Shown piece by piece: positions 36,001 through 47,806 of a stretch of 64,000 nt of DNA. Location: NCBI GenBank assembly GCA_000182565.2, contig KQ257463.1, one strand, 5' to 3'. The DNA is from Spizellomyces punctatus DAOM BR117 (lineage: Eukaryota). Below the pieces are notes generated by a model, which saw only the letters and a program-made list of their open reading frames with translations, ran no database searches and was not told the DNA's origin. Each line of letters starts with the position of its first letter. The stretch's first letter is position 1. The position numbers and the translations under genes are program-made.

Positions 36001-37293
36001 GGAATCCATGGTGTCTGGAGGGGTGCTGGTATCTTGAGGGTTCTTGAGATACACAGCAAAAGCTGTTGCTGTCCTCTTCTTCAGTGTTCTGGCCAACATC
36101 TTTACTGATACCATGGTGATAAGATTGGACTTCTGGGATTTGTTGGAAGAGCTGGCCTGCTTAACAGACCATCTGACTCTGGGGTGCTGGGAGGTGGTGA
36201 AGGTCACAGTGTTCTTGTTGTAGTTGATACTGGGATTCCTCCAGGCAAACCAAGGTATACCCAGGATCAAGTCAAACTTGATTGGGGCTACTATAAAGTC
36301 TGACTGTTCTGTGTAGGTTCCTACTGAGTACTGAAGACCTTTGACAAAGCCTATTTCTTGGTGCTTTCTGTCATCAGCCATAGAGATTTCTGCTCCAGGG
36401 AGAGAATGAGTCACCAGTTGTGCCTTCTTGACAAAGGACTGTGACACATAGAGTTGGTTTGCCCCATTATCCAGGAGAATGGTTACTGGGATTCCTTGGA
36501 TTCTACCTTGCACAGTCAGCAAGTGACTCTGGGGAATCCTTGGCCCTTTGGGGGTACTTAAAGAGTATGGAGCCACCTCTACTACATGGATCTTGCTTTC
36601 TTGGTAGGTGGCCTGGGTGGTCTGGGGTTCTGGGGTTCTCTGGGGTTCCTGGGTTTTCTGGGGTTCTAGGGTTCTCTGGGGTTCTGGGGTTCTCTGGGGT
36701 TCTTGGGTTCTCTGGGGTTCTGGGGTTCTCTGGGGTTCTTGGGTTCTCTGGAGTTCTTGGGTTCTCTGGAGTTCTGGGGTTCTCTGGGATTCTGGGGTTC
36801 TCTGGGGTTCTGGGGTTCTCTGGGGTTCTGGGATTTTCTGGGTTTCTGGGGTTCTCTGGGATTCTGGGATTCTCTGGGTTTCTGGGGTTCTCTGGGATGC
36901 TGGGGTTCTCTGGGGTTCTGGGGTTCTCTGGGGTTCTGGGGTTCTCTGGGTTTCTGGGGTTCTCTGGGGTTCTGGGGTTCTCTGGGTTTCTGGGGTTCTC
37001 TGGGATTCTGGGGTTCTCAGGGGTTCTGGGATTTTCTGGGTTTCTGGGGTTCTCTGGGATTCTGGGATTCTCTGGGTTTCTGGGGTTCTCTGGGATGCTG
37101 GGGTTCTCTGGGGTTCCAGGTAAAGTCCATGGATAGTTAAAGTCTCAGGGGTGGTTTCAGGTGGGTCCAATAGGTCCAAAGGTTGAATAACAGGAGAGTG
37201 TACCAGGTGGTGGGTGTCAGGGTTTTGGTTCTTGATATCTTCCCCAGTAGAGGCAGAACCTCCATCTTCTACTGAGTCTGCTTGCCATTTCCC
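33086..37293 (-). CDS. pol: Gypsy A Pol (repeat spacer-PR-RT-RH-IN-chromodomain), one 1-bp deletion at ~34657
   Basis: [26 protein letters not shown], integrase and chromodomain motifs. Confidence 0.92.
36620..37118 (-). repeat. 18-bp coding minisatellite, PE(P/T/S)QRT repeats
   Basis: GAACCCCAGAGAACCCCA-type units, roughly 27 copies, in frame. Confidence 0.92.
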
Positions 37294-38180
37294 TGCTGCT
37301 TGGTCTTCAATGGGCAGAGGGGGGCAATATGGCCTGGTTTTCTGCACCTGAAACAGGCTCCCTTCTTTCTGAGCTCAGTCTTCTCAGCCTCAGTGAGTTT
37401 GGAGAGAGGCTTCCCAGCATTGGTGGATATACTATCTATCTCCATAGGGACTACTCCAGAGTTCTCAGCCTTGGGGGAGTAGTAGCTGGTGGCCTGGCTT
37501 CTTTTCTGGTAGCTGAACTGGATCTGGTCAATCCTATCAGCTGTTGCTGCAGCTGTGGCTAAGTTGATGGTACTGGTGGGATTAAGCTCCAGTTGTTCCT
37601 GAACCCTGGGTTTAAGCCCTCTGATAAACTTGTCTAACTTTTCAGCTTCTGACAAGTCATCCACCTGAAGGCATAAAGTATTGAACTGGTTCAGGTACTC
37701 CTTTACTGAGCCTTGTTGTTTGAGCCTGGCCAACTGGTCTCTTGCTGCTCTGGTGGCATTTGCTGGGAGGAAGTTCTCTTGAAGGGCTCTCTTGAACTGG
37801 TCCCAAGACTGGATTCTGAGAGGGGATCCTACTGGGTGGTTCTTGACATGGCTTTGCCACCAGACTTCAGCATGGAGTTCCAAGTAGGTGGTGGCTACTA
37901 ACAGTTGGCCTTCTGGTGATAGATCTGCAGCTGCCTGGAAGTACTCTTCAAGTCTGAGGAGGTATGTCCTAATCTCTTGGACATTCCTGTTGCCTTTGTA
38001 GGGCTTCAACTTGCTTTGGAGGACTTTTACCAGGGATTTATCTACTCTGGGTTCATACTGAGCAGTGGCTGGTGTGGTGGAGTTCAGCTGCTGGAGCTTT
38101 GCTTGATAAAGCTCCTGCCTGACCTGGTCTATGTCAAGCTCAGCAATGGTGTTGAAGAGAATCTCTTCCTGGCTGGTCAT
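37269..38180 (-). CDS. gag: Gypsy A Gag
   Basis: Retrotrans_gag-type motifs and [14 protein letters not shown] knuckle. Confidence 0.93.
   Translation of the reverse strand: MTSQEEILFNTIAELDIDQVRQELYQAKLQQLNSTTPATAQYEPRVDKSLVKVLQSKLKPYKGNRNVQEIRTYLLRLEEYFQAAADLSPEGQLLVATTYLELHAEVWWQSHVKNHPVGSPLRIQSWDQFKRALQENFLPANATRAARDQLARLKQQGSVKEYLNQFNTLCLQVDDLSEAEKLDKFIRGLKPRVQEQLELNPTSTINLATAAATADRIDQIQFSYQKRSQATSYYSPKAENSGVVPMEIDSISTNAGKPLSKLTEAEKTELRKKGACFRCRKPGHIAPLCPLKTKQQGNGKQTQ
37287..37293 (-). promoter_or_regulatory. Predicted -1 ribosomal frameshift site G GGA AAT
   Basis: X XXY YYZ heptamer just before the gag stop; pol lies in the -1 frame. Confidence 0.7.
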
Positions 38181-38211
38181 GGTGGTAATGGGGTGGAGTC
38201 TTGGGTAGTTA

Positions 38212-38470
38212 CAATATTACTTGTAACAACAACAATAGGGTGGGTCACAGGCCCAAGAGATGCAATGTTACTTGCAGTCAAGATAGGGTGGGTCACAGGC
38301 CCAAGAGATGCAATGTTACTTGCAGTCAAGATAGGGTGGGTCACAGGCCCAAGAGATGCAATGTTACTTGCAGTCAAAATAGGGTGGGTCACAGGCCCAA
38401 GAGATGCAATGTTACTTGCAGTCAAAATAGGGTGGGTCACAGGCCCAAAATATGCAATATTACTTGCAAG
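38212..38470. repeat. 48-bp tandem repeat (about 5 copies) in the gypsy A 5' leader
   Basis: AATGTTACTTGCAGTCAAGATAGGGTGGGTCACAGGCCCAAGAGATGC units. Confidence 0.9.
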
Positions 38471-39009
38471 TACAACTGGTGGGGAGGATACAGGGGGACT
38501 CTACAGCTTCTTCACAATCCCACAATAGAAAAGCTCTATCTGTTTTATCAGAGCTTCTGATGCTAACCAAGTGGTGTGTCTGGTAGTAGTTCTGGAGGTT
38601 GTGCTGGGGGTAGGTTGGTGGTATGGGGTGGTGTGGGCTGGTCTGTAGGAGTCCTTGAAGGGGGTTCTGGGCATAGGTTGGGCCTGGGATAAGAGGCAGG
38701 GGTCTTCTGATATTACTCAGAAGGACTAGGGCTGGGTCTGGGGTCTGGGGTCTGTTGGTCTTCTGATATTACTCAGAAGGTCTAGGGCAGGCTCTGGGGG
38801 TCTGGGGATCTTAGCTTCTAATCTCTCACAGAAGGTCTAAGAGTCTGGGGTTGTTGTCTAAGGTGGTGCTACCATGTAACAGGCTAGCAGGGACAAGAAG
38901 ACAACAGAAAACTAGGGAAGACTTGGTTACTACTTGTTATTCTCCTTTGAGGGGCCTCAGAGAGGTCCTCTTTTTATAGACAAAAGGGGCTGACAAATGC
39001 TATATCCTA

Positions 39010-39285
39010 ACTACCCAATCAGATCTCACCCACATCATCCTAAACTGTTTGTCAGCCTATTGCACCATTTGCAGCCAATCAGAACTCATACATGTCATCC
39101 TAAACTATTTGTCAGCCTATTGCACCATTTGCAACCAATCAGAACTCATACATGTCATCCTAAACTATTTGTCAGCCTATTGCACCATTTGCAACCAATC
39201 AGATCTTGTACATGTCATCCTAAACTATTTGTCAGCCTATTGCACCATTTATAGCCAATCACAAGTGAGACAAGTCATCCTAAAT
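39010..39285. repeat. 60-bp CCAAT-containing tandem repeat in the gypsy A LTR
   Basis: Consecutive 60-nt lines nearly identical; two fewer units in the other LTR. Confidence 0.9.
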
Positions 39286-39563
39286 ACACTGTGCCACTTG
39301 ATTAAAAGGGGCAGATGCTAGTGTGTCAGGATACTCATCTAATTTAGCCAGAAATGGCTAAATCTGCTTATTTATCTAATTCTGGTCAAATGAATGCTGA
39401 CACCATCAGCAAAGTCATGTGACCACTAGTTTGGAACCACATCTAACCAGTATAACCATAGCACTGACAGAAGAATTCTGTCACACAAATGGGTCGAAGA
39501 TGATAGAGGGTCAAATGTCTTCCAATTCCGTAGTGTGTGTGGTAGTCTCAGGTGGTGCTACCA

Positions 39564-40100
39564 TGTACCATCAATCGACCAGATTGCTCTAGTCGACATT
39601 TTCTGGCAAATCATTGGGCCCTGCAAGAGGGCTGTATAAAGACTTTGTTGTTAATACAAGAGAAAGGGAACTATTGATAGTTCCTCACGTTGCTAACTAG
39701 GCTAGTTGTTCTTCTAGTTTTTCCTTGCTTCTTCCTTTTTGAGGGGCTTTGGAGCAGCGCTCTTTTATGCTTGCTCCCTCCTTTGGCAGGGCGTCAGCAT
39801 GAGATTTCCCACCTCCGCCAGTGCAGTCCCTCTTGCACCAATCGGAAGTGATTGGCGCTAGCAAATAAAGGGACAAATAATCTTCTAACTATGGGGCTGC
39901 CATGGAACCGAATGACTTTGACAGGTTGTCAGCGTGGCAGGGCTTACATAATCTAACTACTGTTACGCACTGCGCCATACTTTGGCCATACATGGCTACA
40001 TGATCACTATGGCTATATATGGTGATATGATGATGAGACACGTCGCAAAAATCTAAGTTTGCACTTGTGTGTGAATACTAAAGGACAGGTCTACCTTACA
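39564..40100 (-). repeat. Gypsy B 5' LTR (outer copy)
   Basis: Homologous to the other B LTRs and adjacent to the PBS. Confidence 0.9.
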
Positions 40101-40821
40101 ATAACTGCTACAAAAAATATATTATTTATGCCTCTTTCAATGCCTCCAACAACCCACTGACCATTAATTTGTCTCCCTTTATGATATTTCCTTTTTCCAA
40201 ATAAAGATTCATCAATTTCAACAATTTTTCCAGGGCCTCCAATTTTCAAGCCTGCTCATTGTGATATAATTAAAATATTGGCACAAACTTCTCTATATAT
40301 ATCATACCATTTTGGTACAGTATTTTTTGAGTTAATAGATGCCTCATTAAGGACATGATGTTGCTGACTTCTCTGACACCATTTCCACATTATAATTAAT
40401 GCCTGGTCCACTTTTAGCTTGGTTTTATTGAAAATAGAGTTATGCCTAATAGATAGGCATGTGCTGCACTCCTTACACCTCCATCTATACCCATCTGTAT
40501 GAGTATAATCCTTGATTTTAGTCATAGGAGCACTCTTACATGCTGCCATAGGACAACTCATGCACTTAGCTAATAAACCCAGGTCAAAACACAGAGATAG
40601 TAGGGTACTCTCATATGTGGCAATGGCATTGTAGAAGTCTTTGTCAGTCTTCAATTGTGTCATTGTCTATATTTTTATTGTCAAAAAGGCCCAGATCTAG
40701 TGTTGCAATGCACATGATCAAGATCTGGTTGACAGATCTTGTCTGAATCCCAATCATAAATGAATTACATAATGCATCTGATCATGTGGGATCATGACAG
40801 TCCCCTATAATGGGGAGTACC
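40101..40821 (-). mobile_element. Merlin (IS1016/ISXO2-like) DNA transposon 5' part, truncated by gypsy B
   Basis: ORF 40256-40663 (Zn ribbon, DGYRWRC...SIRHNSIF) continues in frame past TGA into KIGGPGKIVEIDESLFGKRKYHKGR...WVVGGIER; candidate terminus GGTACTCCCC at 40821. Confidence 0.85.
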
Positions 40822-41884
40822 CTGAGGTAGTTTACCACCATTGCCTGATAAAGTTGTGAAGTTGTGAGCTCCTTCTTGCCTGGCATGATATGCATTTGCA
40901 CCAGTTGGATTCACTGTGTTCTGGGATCCCCAAATATGCCTTTCACATCTGATACAATACCTATAATTACAATTTATTCATTCCTAGGTTCTCGGATCTT
41001 CAGTGGCAAACACAAGTCATATGGGTTGCAACCCACTACTTGAGCCCCAAAAGTAACTGTACTATAACACCATGTCAGAGAGGTGTCCTTTCCTTTGGCA
41101 CATAGCCTCACAATTATAGTCCAAAAACAAGGTATCATGAATTCTAAATCAAATCCAATGAACCCAAGGCAGTGATGATTGGGAGCCTCGAGGTTTTCAA
41201 CTGTTGAGAATGTGATCCTAGGGCAGGCCTGTCAGCGTTGATGACACTGGCTATAGTTATTTCTTGAAAAAGTGACGATCTGCAGCAAAGTCTTATAATA
41301 CATAGGATAACTCGGCGTGACCTGGAAAACACATCACTGCGCATGAGGGTGTCAGAGTCGGCCACCCCAGCTTCCATATTCCTCAGCTTTACAATGAAAT
41401 CACTTGAATTATATAGGTATATGTAGCTGAGTGCGCTACGACAAGCAAGTGAGGCACAGTGATGCGTGCAATTATATACACGGAATGCGTGAAGGTCTGA
41501 AATAAGTGTAAAAGATAGGGCATAATCAAAGACTTTTTACAGGATAAATGCATAATATAGAATATAGAGAACTGCTTCAATAGATATAAATAACAATACG
41601 CTGCATCTTCTGTATTTTCCGGTCTTCTGTCAAGTGCGTTGCGCGCATGCATTCCCACTAGTGAAGGTTAGGTCGTAGTATAGCTTGTTCGAACCCATGT
41701 AATACAAAAGTAGCGAAAATATGTAACTAACAAATACGGATCGTAAGATCCGCGATCGGGTGGGTGACGAACAATAATGATCCTCGAAGGCCCTTAGATT
41801 TGCATTCGGGGTTAACCAGTAGCACATCTTCGCCTTTTGCGCTTCCATGACCAGTGTAAAAGATGGAGAAATTTGATCTTCACG

Positions 41885-44378
41885 ATGTCGTCCGAGTGTG
41901 CGAGACCTTACCTAAAAGCAGGAGATTCTCCGCAGTATCTGGTTCAGGTAGTTATAAGAACTATTGTGACCAGTACAGCGAAAGCTATCGATGTGATGAG
42001 CTTTATTTTTGCAGAGTTTATCGATATCTGGAATGACTTGACTGAATATCTGGAGTCAATCTTGATTAGTCAACGTGTAAGTACTGTCCTGCCGGACATC
42101 ATATATGTGTGCGAGGAATAGCAACTAATTTCTGTGCAGTCTACCACGTTTCCAGGGTTCGGCTTCTTCCATGTGAAGAGATTGAAGAAAAAGACTGGTG
42201 ATATGGAGAGGATTTTGTGTCCTCTCTTTTTCCCATCCCGAATGTGGGGAAAAGTTCCTGGTTATGATGTGAAGAGGCACTCGTCTGCTCTTGAAGGTCA
42301 TGCGGTACCTAAATGTGCATAGAAAGAATGGCGTACTAATACGACTGGTATCGAACAGGTATACCAGCGCCTGAGCTATTTAACTTTTCAGGAGCTGCCA
42401 GCCGTTGCAAACGTAGTCGAGAAACAGTCGACCTTGCTATGAAGGACCTTGTTCATGCCCTGCTCCGCATATTGCGAAGAGGATCTACCGTCATTCTTCG
42501 CTTTAAGGGCATCGGCAAATTGCATTTTCGTCAGGGAACTATTCGATTCATGTTAGTTGAACAGTACTTTCAAGTAAACCTGAAGAGAAAAGACGTGGGC
42601 AGCTGTATTAACTTCATCTACCGAGTCAGATTTTCCATGGACTTCCTTTCCAACCTCAACGGTGCCGTGTCTTCTGATAAGCTTCTGCTGCCTTTTGACG
42701 GAAAACGGTATTGTACACTCTGACCTTTCATTTTGTGAACGAGCGGCTCACCAATTGATTCACTACAGAGATGATCGGAAAGAACCAGCGTCTTGTTCCG
42801 ACCCTCCGGCGAGCAACGCTAAGCAAAGGACGGACATGGACGACCAAGAAGATAAAGCGAGCCTTACAGACCCGCCGCTGAAATTAAAGAAGCTTTCAGA
42901 GAGCCTACATCATGGAAACCCTCCTGGCCCCACGCTAACACGTCCTGATTCCACTGCATCGCAACGTACAATAAAGGACGACCAGGGCTACCTTGCGGTG
43001 CCTGCTGGAGTAGACACATGGGTAGGAGGAAAGAATCCGCAGGTTATCACAGTAGAGGGAGACAATCGTCCTTTCAATTTTTTGATCCGTTCAGGTAACG
43101 CAACTGCGTGAATGCTTCTTCCAGCCATTGAGGATACAAGAACTAACCCAGTTGGGGCTTGACTATTTTCATAGTAGGCACTCACACGCACGCCCATTCC
43201 GGAGATCGCCTTTGGAACGACGAAAACTGTCCTATTTGCAGGCATCGCAGTATGCCGATTGTTGATCTCAGGGAGCAACGGGCAAGAAAAGAGAAAGAGC
43301 AAGATCGTCTTATGTTGCACCTATCCCTGGACTTGGACAAAGAATTTGTTCTTAAATCGAGGGTAATGAATTATCTTTTTGTGGTCGATAGATCTGTTGT
43401 AAAATATCCCTGCTCAGGCCAACAAACAAGCAAAGCTGGAGACCACTATGTCCACTGCGGAATATAACCGAGCGAAGGCGGCGGAAAAGGTGAACGAAAT
43501 ATGCTACCCAAAAATCTATCATGCCTAACAACTTGATCTCCAGGAGGTGATTCGTAAAACAGAGCAGCACAAATTACCGGTAGGAAACCTTTTTGAAGAT
43601 CGAGAGCTTGGACCCGATGTGCTGGTGCACGGAAGGCTTATTGCAGCCGGTCTACAAGAACAGGTAGGCTTTAACATCCGCATGCTGTGATTTCAAAACC
43701 TCACAAATGGCTTCCAGATCGCTGCAAACCAACTCAAAAAGGAGCATGAAAGAGTGCAGAGGGACTACGAGAATAAAGTTCTGAATCAGCGGTTATCGAA
43801 AGAGTTGAGTTCATGCCTTTCAGTTAAAAGCGCGATTACCAAGTTTGGAGGGTCCTGCGCTCCTCTCCCTTTGTAGTTACTTACCGCGTGGTGGTTCAGA
43901 TTGTCCACGGCTGAGATTGAGTCCCACATTGAGAAATTGAAGCGACGCCAGCAACAACAAGATATTCTCGCAGAACAAATCAGAAGTCGCCAGCAGCTTC
44001 AACAGCATTCTCCTGAGCCTGCGCTACCAAATCCGTTTGCTCGAAGTGAGAATTTAATGTACCTGTATCAGAAGGAGAAAGCGAAGCAGCTGTATCAGGA
44101 GCAATTGGCAATTATTAAACAGAGGAGAGAGTACGAAGCACGAGTTGCGGACATGGAGCGTCAGCACTCGCTAGACAGGTTGACGATGTCACGTCATGAG
44201 TATGTCCAACGAGCAATCGCATTAAGCCGACAGAATGGCGCGAACAGCTAACATTCACTATAGGTTGGAAAAAGATCTTCGTAATATGAAAAAGGCAAAT
44301 TACGAGCAGCGAAAGTCACTGGAAGCGTATTGGACAGAACAGCTTAGATTCAAGAACAGATTACAATCCAAAGTGTAG
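41885..44378 (+). CDS. CCDC81-like protein (two HU-like domains plus coiled coil), multi-exon
   Basis: Exons give IW...L..ILISQRSTTFPGFGFF and VILRFKGIGKLHFR, then Q/E/R-rich coiled coils; GT-AG introns. Confidence 0.65.
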
Positions 44379-44517
44379 ACGTAGACCTAGGAGTATTGTT
44401 AGTCGACTGATGATTGGACCGGGATTCGCCGAGCAACCTGTGAATAAGCTAGCGTGGATCTTTGCGACAAGTTGTTTATCGCGTTTCATGTTTCTATGTT
44501 GGCGACATGTTATCATT

Positions 44518-45019
44518 NNNNNNNNNNNNNNNNNNNNNNNNNNNNNNNNNNNNNNNNNNNNNNNNNNNNNNNNNNNNNNNNNNNNNNNNNNNNNNNNNNN
44601 NNNNNNNNNNNNNNNNNNNNNNNNNNNNNNNNNNNNNNNNNNNNNNNNNNNNNNNNNNNNNNNNNNNNNNNNNNNNNNNNNNNNNNNNNNNNNNNNNNNN
44701 NNNNNNNNNNNNNNNNNNNNNNNNNNNNNNNNNNNNNNNNNNNNNNNNNNNNNNNNNNNNNNNNNNNNNNNNNNNNNNNNNNNNNNNNNNNNNNNNNNNN
44801 NNNNNNNNNNNNNNNNNNNNNNNNNNNNNNNNNNNNNNNNNNNNNNNNNNNNNNNNNNNNNNNNNNNNNNNNNNNNNNNNNNNNNNNNNNNNNNNNNNNN
44901 NNNNNNNNNNNNNNNNNNNNNNNNNNNNNNNNNNNNNNNNNNNNNNNNNNNNNNNNNNNNNNNNNNNNNNNNNNNNNNNNNNNNNNNNNNNNNNNNNNNN
45001 NNNNNNNNNNNNNNNNNNN
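44518..45019. other. Assembly gap
   Basis: Run of N. Confidence 0.99.
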
Positions 45020-46325
45020 CAAACTGGTTCATGTCACCTTGCGTAGCTACGCCATTTATGCCAACGGATCGTTGGGGAGGCTGTCCTTCCAGCAATCCAG
45101 GTAAATTTGGCAACGCGAGAGCTAGCAGATCATCTAGAATCCCTCTCTCTCTATTGCTCCCAAATACGGTATCGTCGGGTAGTGCAAGAGTCTTCCTTCG
45201 ACGCTGTTGCATTAGGGGAAGGACGCGCTTTAATGGCACATACGCCCGCATTTCATCATTGCAAGGATTTTTGGATCGCACCGCCGCAAGTGCACCTTTA
45301 TAGAGCTGGCGAGAGTTTTCTTCTGGAACTGAAGGAAACAGCTCATTTGGTTCAGACGGGGAGAACGGTGGGGCCAGGAGGACGTCCAAAGTCGATCGAG
45401 TCATTTTTGATTGTTCAACAGGTATAATACACTCATAGTTGGCACGTTTTCGTTTCCTCGTTTCTGAAGGGAGTGAAAAATCAAGTGCAGCATCGAAACC
45501 ACTCAAATTTTCATCATCAGATGGGCCCAACGCAGGTGATATCGTATTTACTCCAGGCTTCGGAACTTGCTCCAGCAAAGGGGACACTTGATCGCCGGGT
45601 GCAATCGTTGGCGGCAATGCGCACCTATTTACCTGTTCTGACGTCTCTCTCGTTGATACATGGTGATCAGGCAGGCTGGCTAACCTCTCCGTGAGAGTCT
45701 CCCCCGACATGGGTCCAAGTTCATCGATATCTGCAGAGGCACAAATTTAATACTTGTGACTAAAGTATCAACCGTCATCACAGGGTTGCTTTTGGTGCAC
45801 TGTACGGTCGGGGTGCTCCGTCAGCGGTTGGCCGAGAACAGCCTACTCACTTATAGGAAAGGCGCCGGGTTCCATAACCGGAAAGCCGGTGACTTCCTCG
45901 GTTTCCGACGGAGCGAGAGCAATACCGTCATGTTCGCTTGCCAATGGCAGACTGACTCCATATCTGCTGAATCTTAAACCTCCAGTGCCCCCTAGCGTTG
46001 TGTTCGTCCCTGAACCCACCGTGTCCTGCACGTCGGTCGAGGTCGATAAAATTGCTCGCTTGGCCCATGCTCTACAAAAGTCCCGCAACGCTTCCGGGTC
46101 AACACCTAATTCCTCTAAGCTTCTTGAAGCGTCTTCCAAATTCGTAACCGTTCGACCTTGCAGCTGAGAATACTCGGAGGCCCTGGTCGCCAGCAAATCC
46201 AAAAATCGCACAAGCAGGTCTGAGAGCACTGCACAAGCGGAGTCTTGAACCCGCTCAAAACCCGCCTGGTGAAGAACTTGAGCGACCGCAATGCGGACCA
46301 GGTTTGCAGCAAAAGAGTCGCTCAT
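45020..46325 (-). CDS. Bromo_TP histone-fold protein (TAF3/TAF8-like), 3' end in the gap
   Basis: LVRIAVAQVLHQAGFERVQDSACAVLSDLLVRFL...GRT..NLED. Confidence 0.75.
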
Positions 46326-46535
46326 GCCTAACACTGTGTTAGAGCTCAACCACCGATATTCGTTTAAAATGTACGTTAGGACGTCTTCCAGAGTCAGGAT
46401 CATCACGTGGATTGTGTATCACGTGAGAGATCATTCAAGGTCTGTGACTGCGCCGCTTCAAGTTCTCTTCAAATGCGCTTGCTACTTTCTTGTGGTTCTC
46501 GCTGGTTGACCACAAATTCTCTGCGGGCTCGTGGA

Positions 46536-47651
46536 ATGGCTCAAGTTACGACAGCCACTGCTGCAGCCGTTGCGCTAGCAGAGGCTCTGGTGACGGAAGG
46601 TGCATCGACGCTTTATATTTATTGCGACCGGTCATAAGGAAGTGTGTTCCTTTGTCCTCGTTCTGAACCCACTGCTTTATTGTTCTGGTGTTACCCCTAG
46701 CTAAGCGCAAGGCTTCGTACACGGCTGTTGACGAGCACATAACCACAGAAACACGAGTTGTGGGGATAGGTACACGACAGGCAGAGGGACACAAAAGACG
46801 TATTCGAGTTCACCAAAGCTTTGATAGGTTCAGGGAGTACGGTTGTGTTTTGCGTCGAACGATTAGCACAACGCGTAAAATCTGAGAACCTGGGGATAAA
46901 AGCTTGCATTCCAACATCATTCCAAGCAAAGCAGTTAATCATCGAGGCTGGGTTGCCACTATCTGAGTTGAACCAGTTCCCCGACATTGATGTGGCCTTC
47001 GATGGTGCGGATGAGGTCGATGCACAGTTGAATTGCATCAAAGGCGGTGGTGCTTGTCAATTGCAGGAAAAACTGGTTGCGAGCTGCGCAAAGAAGTTTG
47101 TCATTGTCGCAGACTACAGAAAGAACTCGATGGTTTTGGGAGAGCAGGTATATATATAAGCCTAACATAGTACCTTTGCGTCTTCTGACAAAATCGCTTC
47201 GTTTTCATACAGTGGAAGCTGGGTGTACCGCTAGAGGTGATTCCCATGGTGTACGCTCCGTTACTCTCGGTAGGGATTACTTTCGCGTCAGCGTAAGGTT
47301 ACCTGCAACTGACGATTGTCCCCGTGGCATTCAGAAACTTCGGGCGCTAGGCGCAAACCCTGTTCTTAGGATGGCTATGCGCAAAGCAGGGCCTGTTGTA
47401 ACGGATAACGGAAATTTCGTCATAGATGCAGACTTCGGTGGCATTCAAGATCCTGTCGCGTTGGAACGTATGTTAATTGCGATTCCCGGTATAGTGGAAA
47501 CGGGACTCTTCTGTAATATGGCGAAATGGGCATACTTTGGAATGCAGGATGGGTGAGTAGCCGTTTTTCCCCTGCAGTTCTTTGTGATGCGTATTAGCTT
47601 ATCGTACTTGGGGGCATTCACTACAGTTCTGTTCAACTGCGCAGTGCCTAG
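46536..47651 (+). CDS. RKI1: Ribose-5-phosphate isomerase A, multi-exon (first exon uncertain)
   Basis: [47 protein letters not shown]. Confidence 0.95.
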
Positions 47652-47806
47652 ATCTGAGACGAAAGGCAGGGCCCTATTATTCACGAAGACCACATGAGGC
47701 GCATCTCCGCATTTTTCATATGGATACAGAATATATTGCAAGCCACATATACATGTAAACCCGATTCTCAACTCAACTCCATCAATGCCACAAATGACTT
47801 TTTACG

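Larger units (their letters stand above)
32579..39485 (-). mobile_element. Full-length gypsy A chromovirus, nearly intact
   Basis: LTRs 32579-33069 and 38875-39485, TSD CAAAT, PBS TGGTAGCACCACC, PPT. Confidence 0.95.
8901..40100 (-). mobile_element. Outer gypsy B chromovirus, degenerate, split by three insertions and a duplication; 3' LTR absent
   Basis: 5' LTR 39564-40100, PBS TGGTAGCACCACC, gag/pol 29391-32578, RNase H 17999-18373, integrase-chromodomain and 3' UTR 8901-11412; pieces rejoin across the TSDs. Confidence 0.85.

Noticed and set aside
36441..37140. Plus-strand ORFs with GFSGVL / WGSGVL repeats
   Set aside because: Antisense shadows of the 18-bp minisatellite
38212..38470. Regular repeats resembling a CRISPR array
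   Set aside because: Head-to-tail 48-bp units with no unique spacers, inside a eukaryotic retrotransposon leader
41144..41848. Short ORFs between Merlin and the CCDC81-like gene
   Set aside because: No recognisable motifs; cannot be supported
44361..45303. Long ORFs containing X runs
   Set aside because: Artefacts of the N gap
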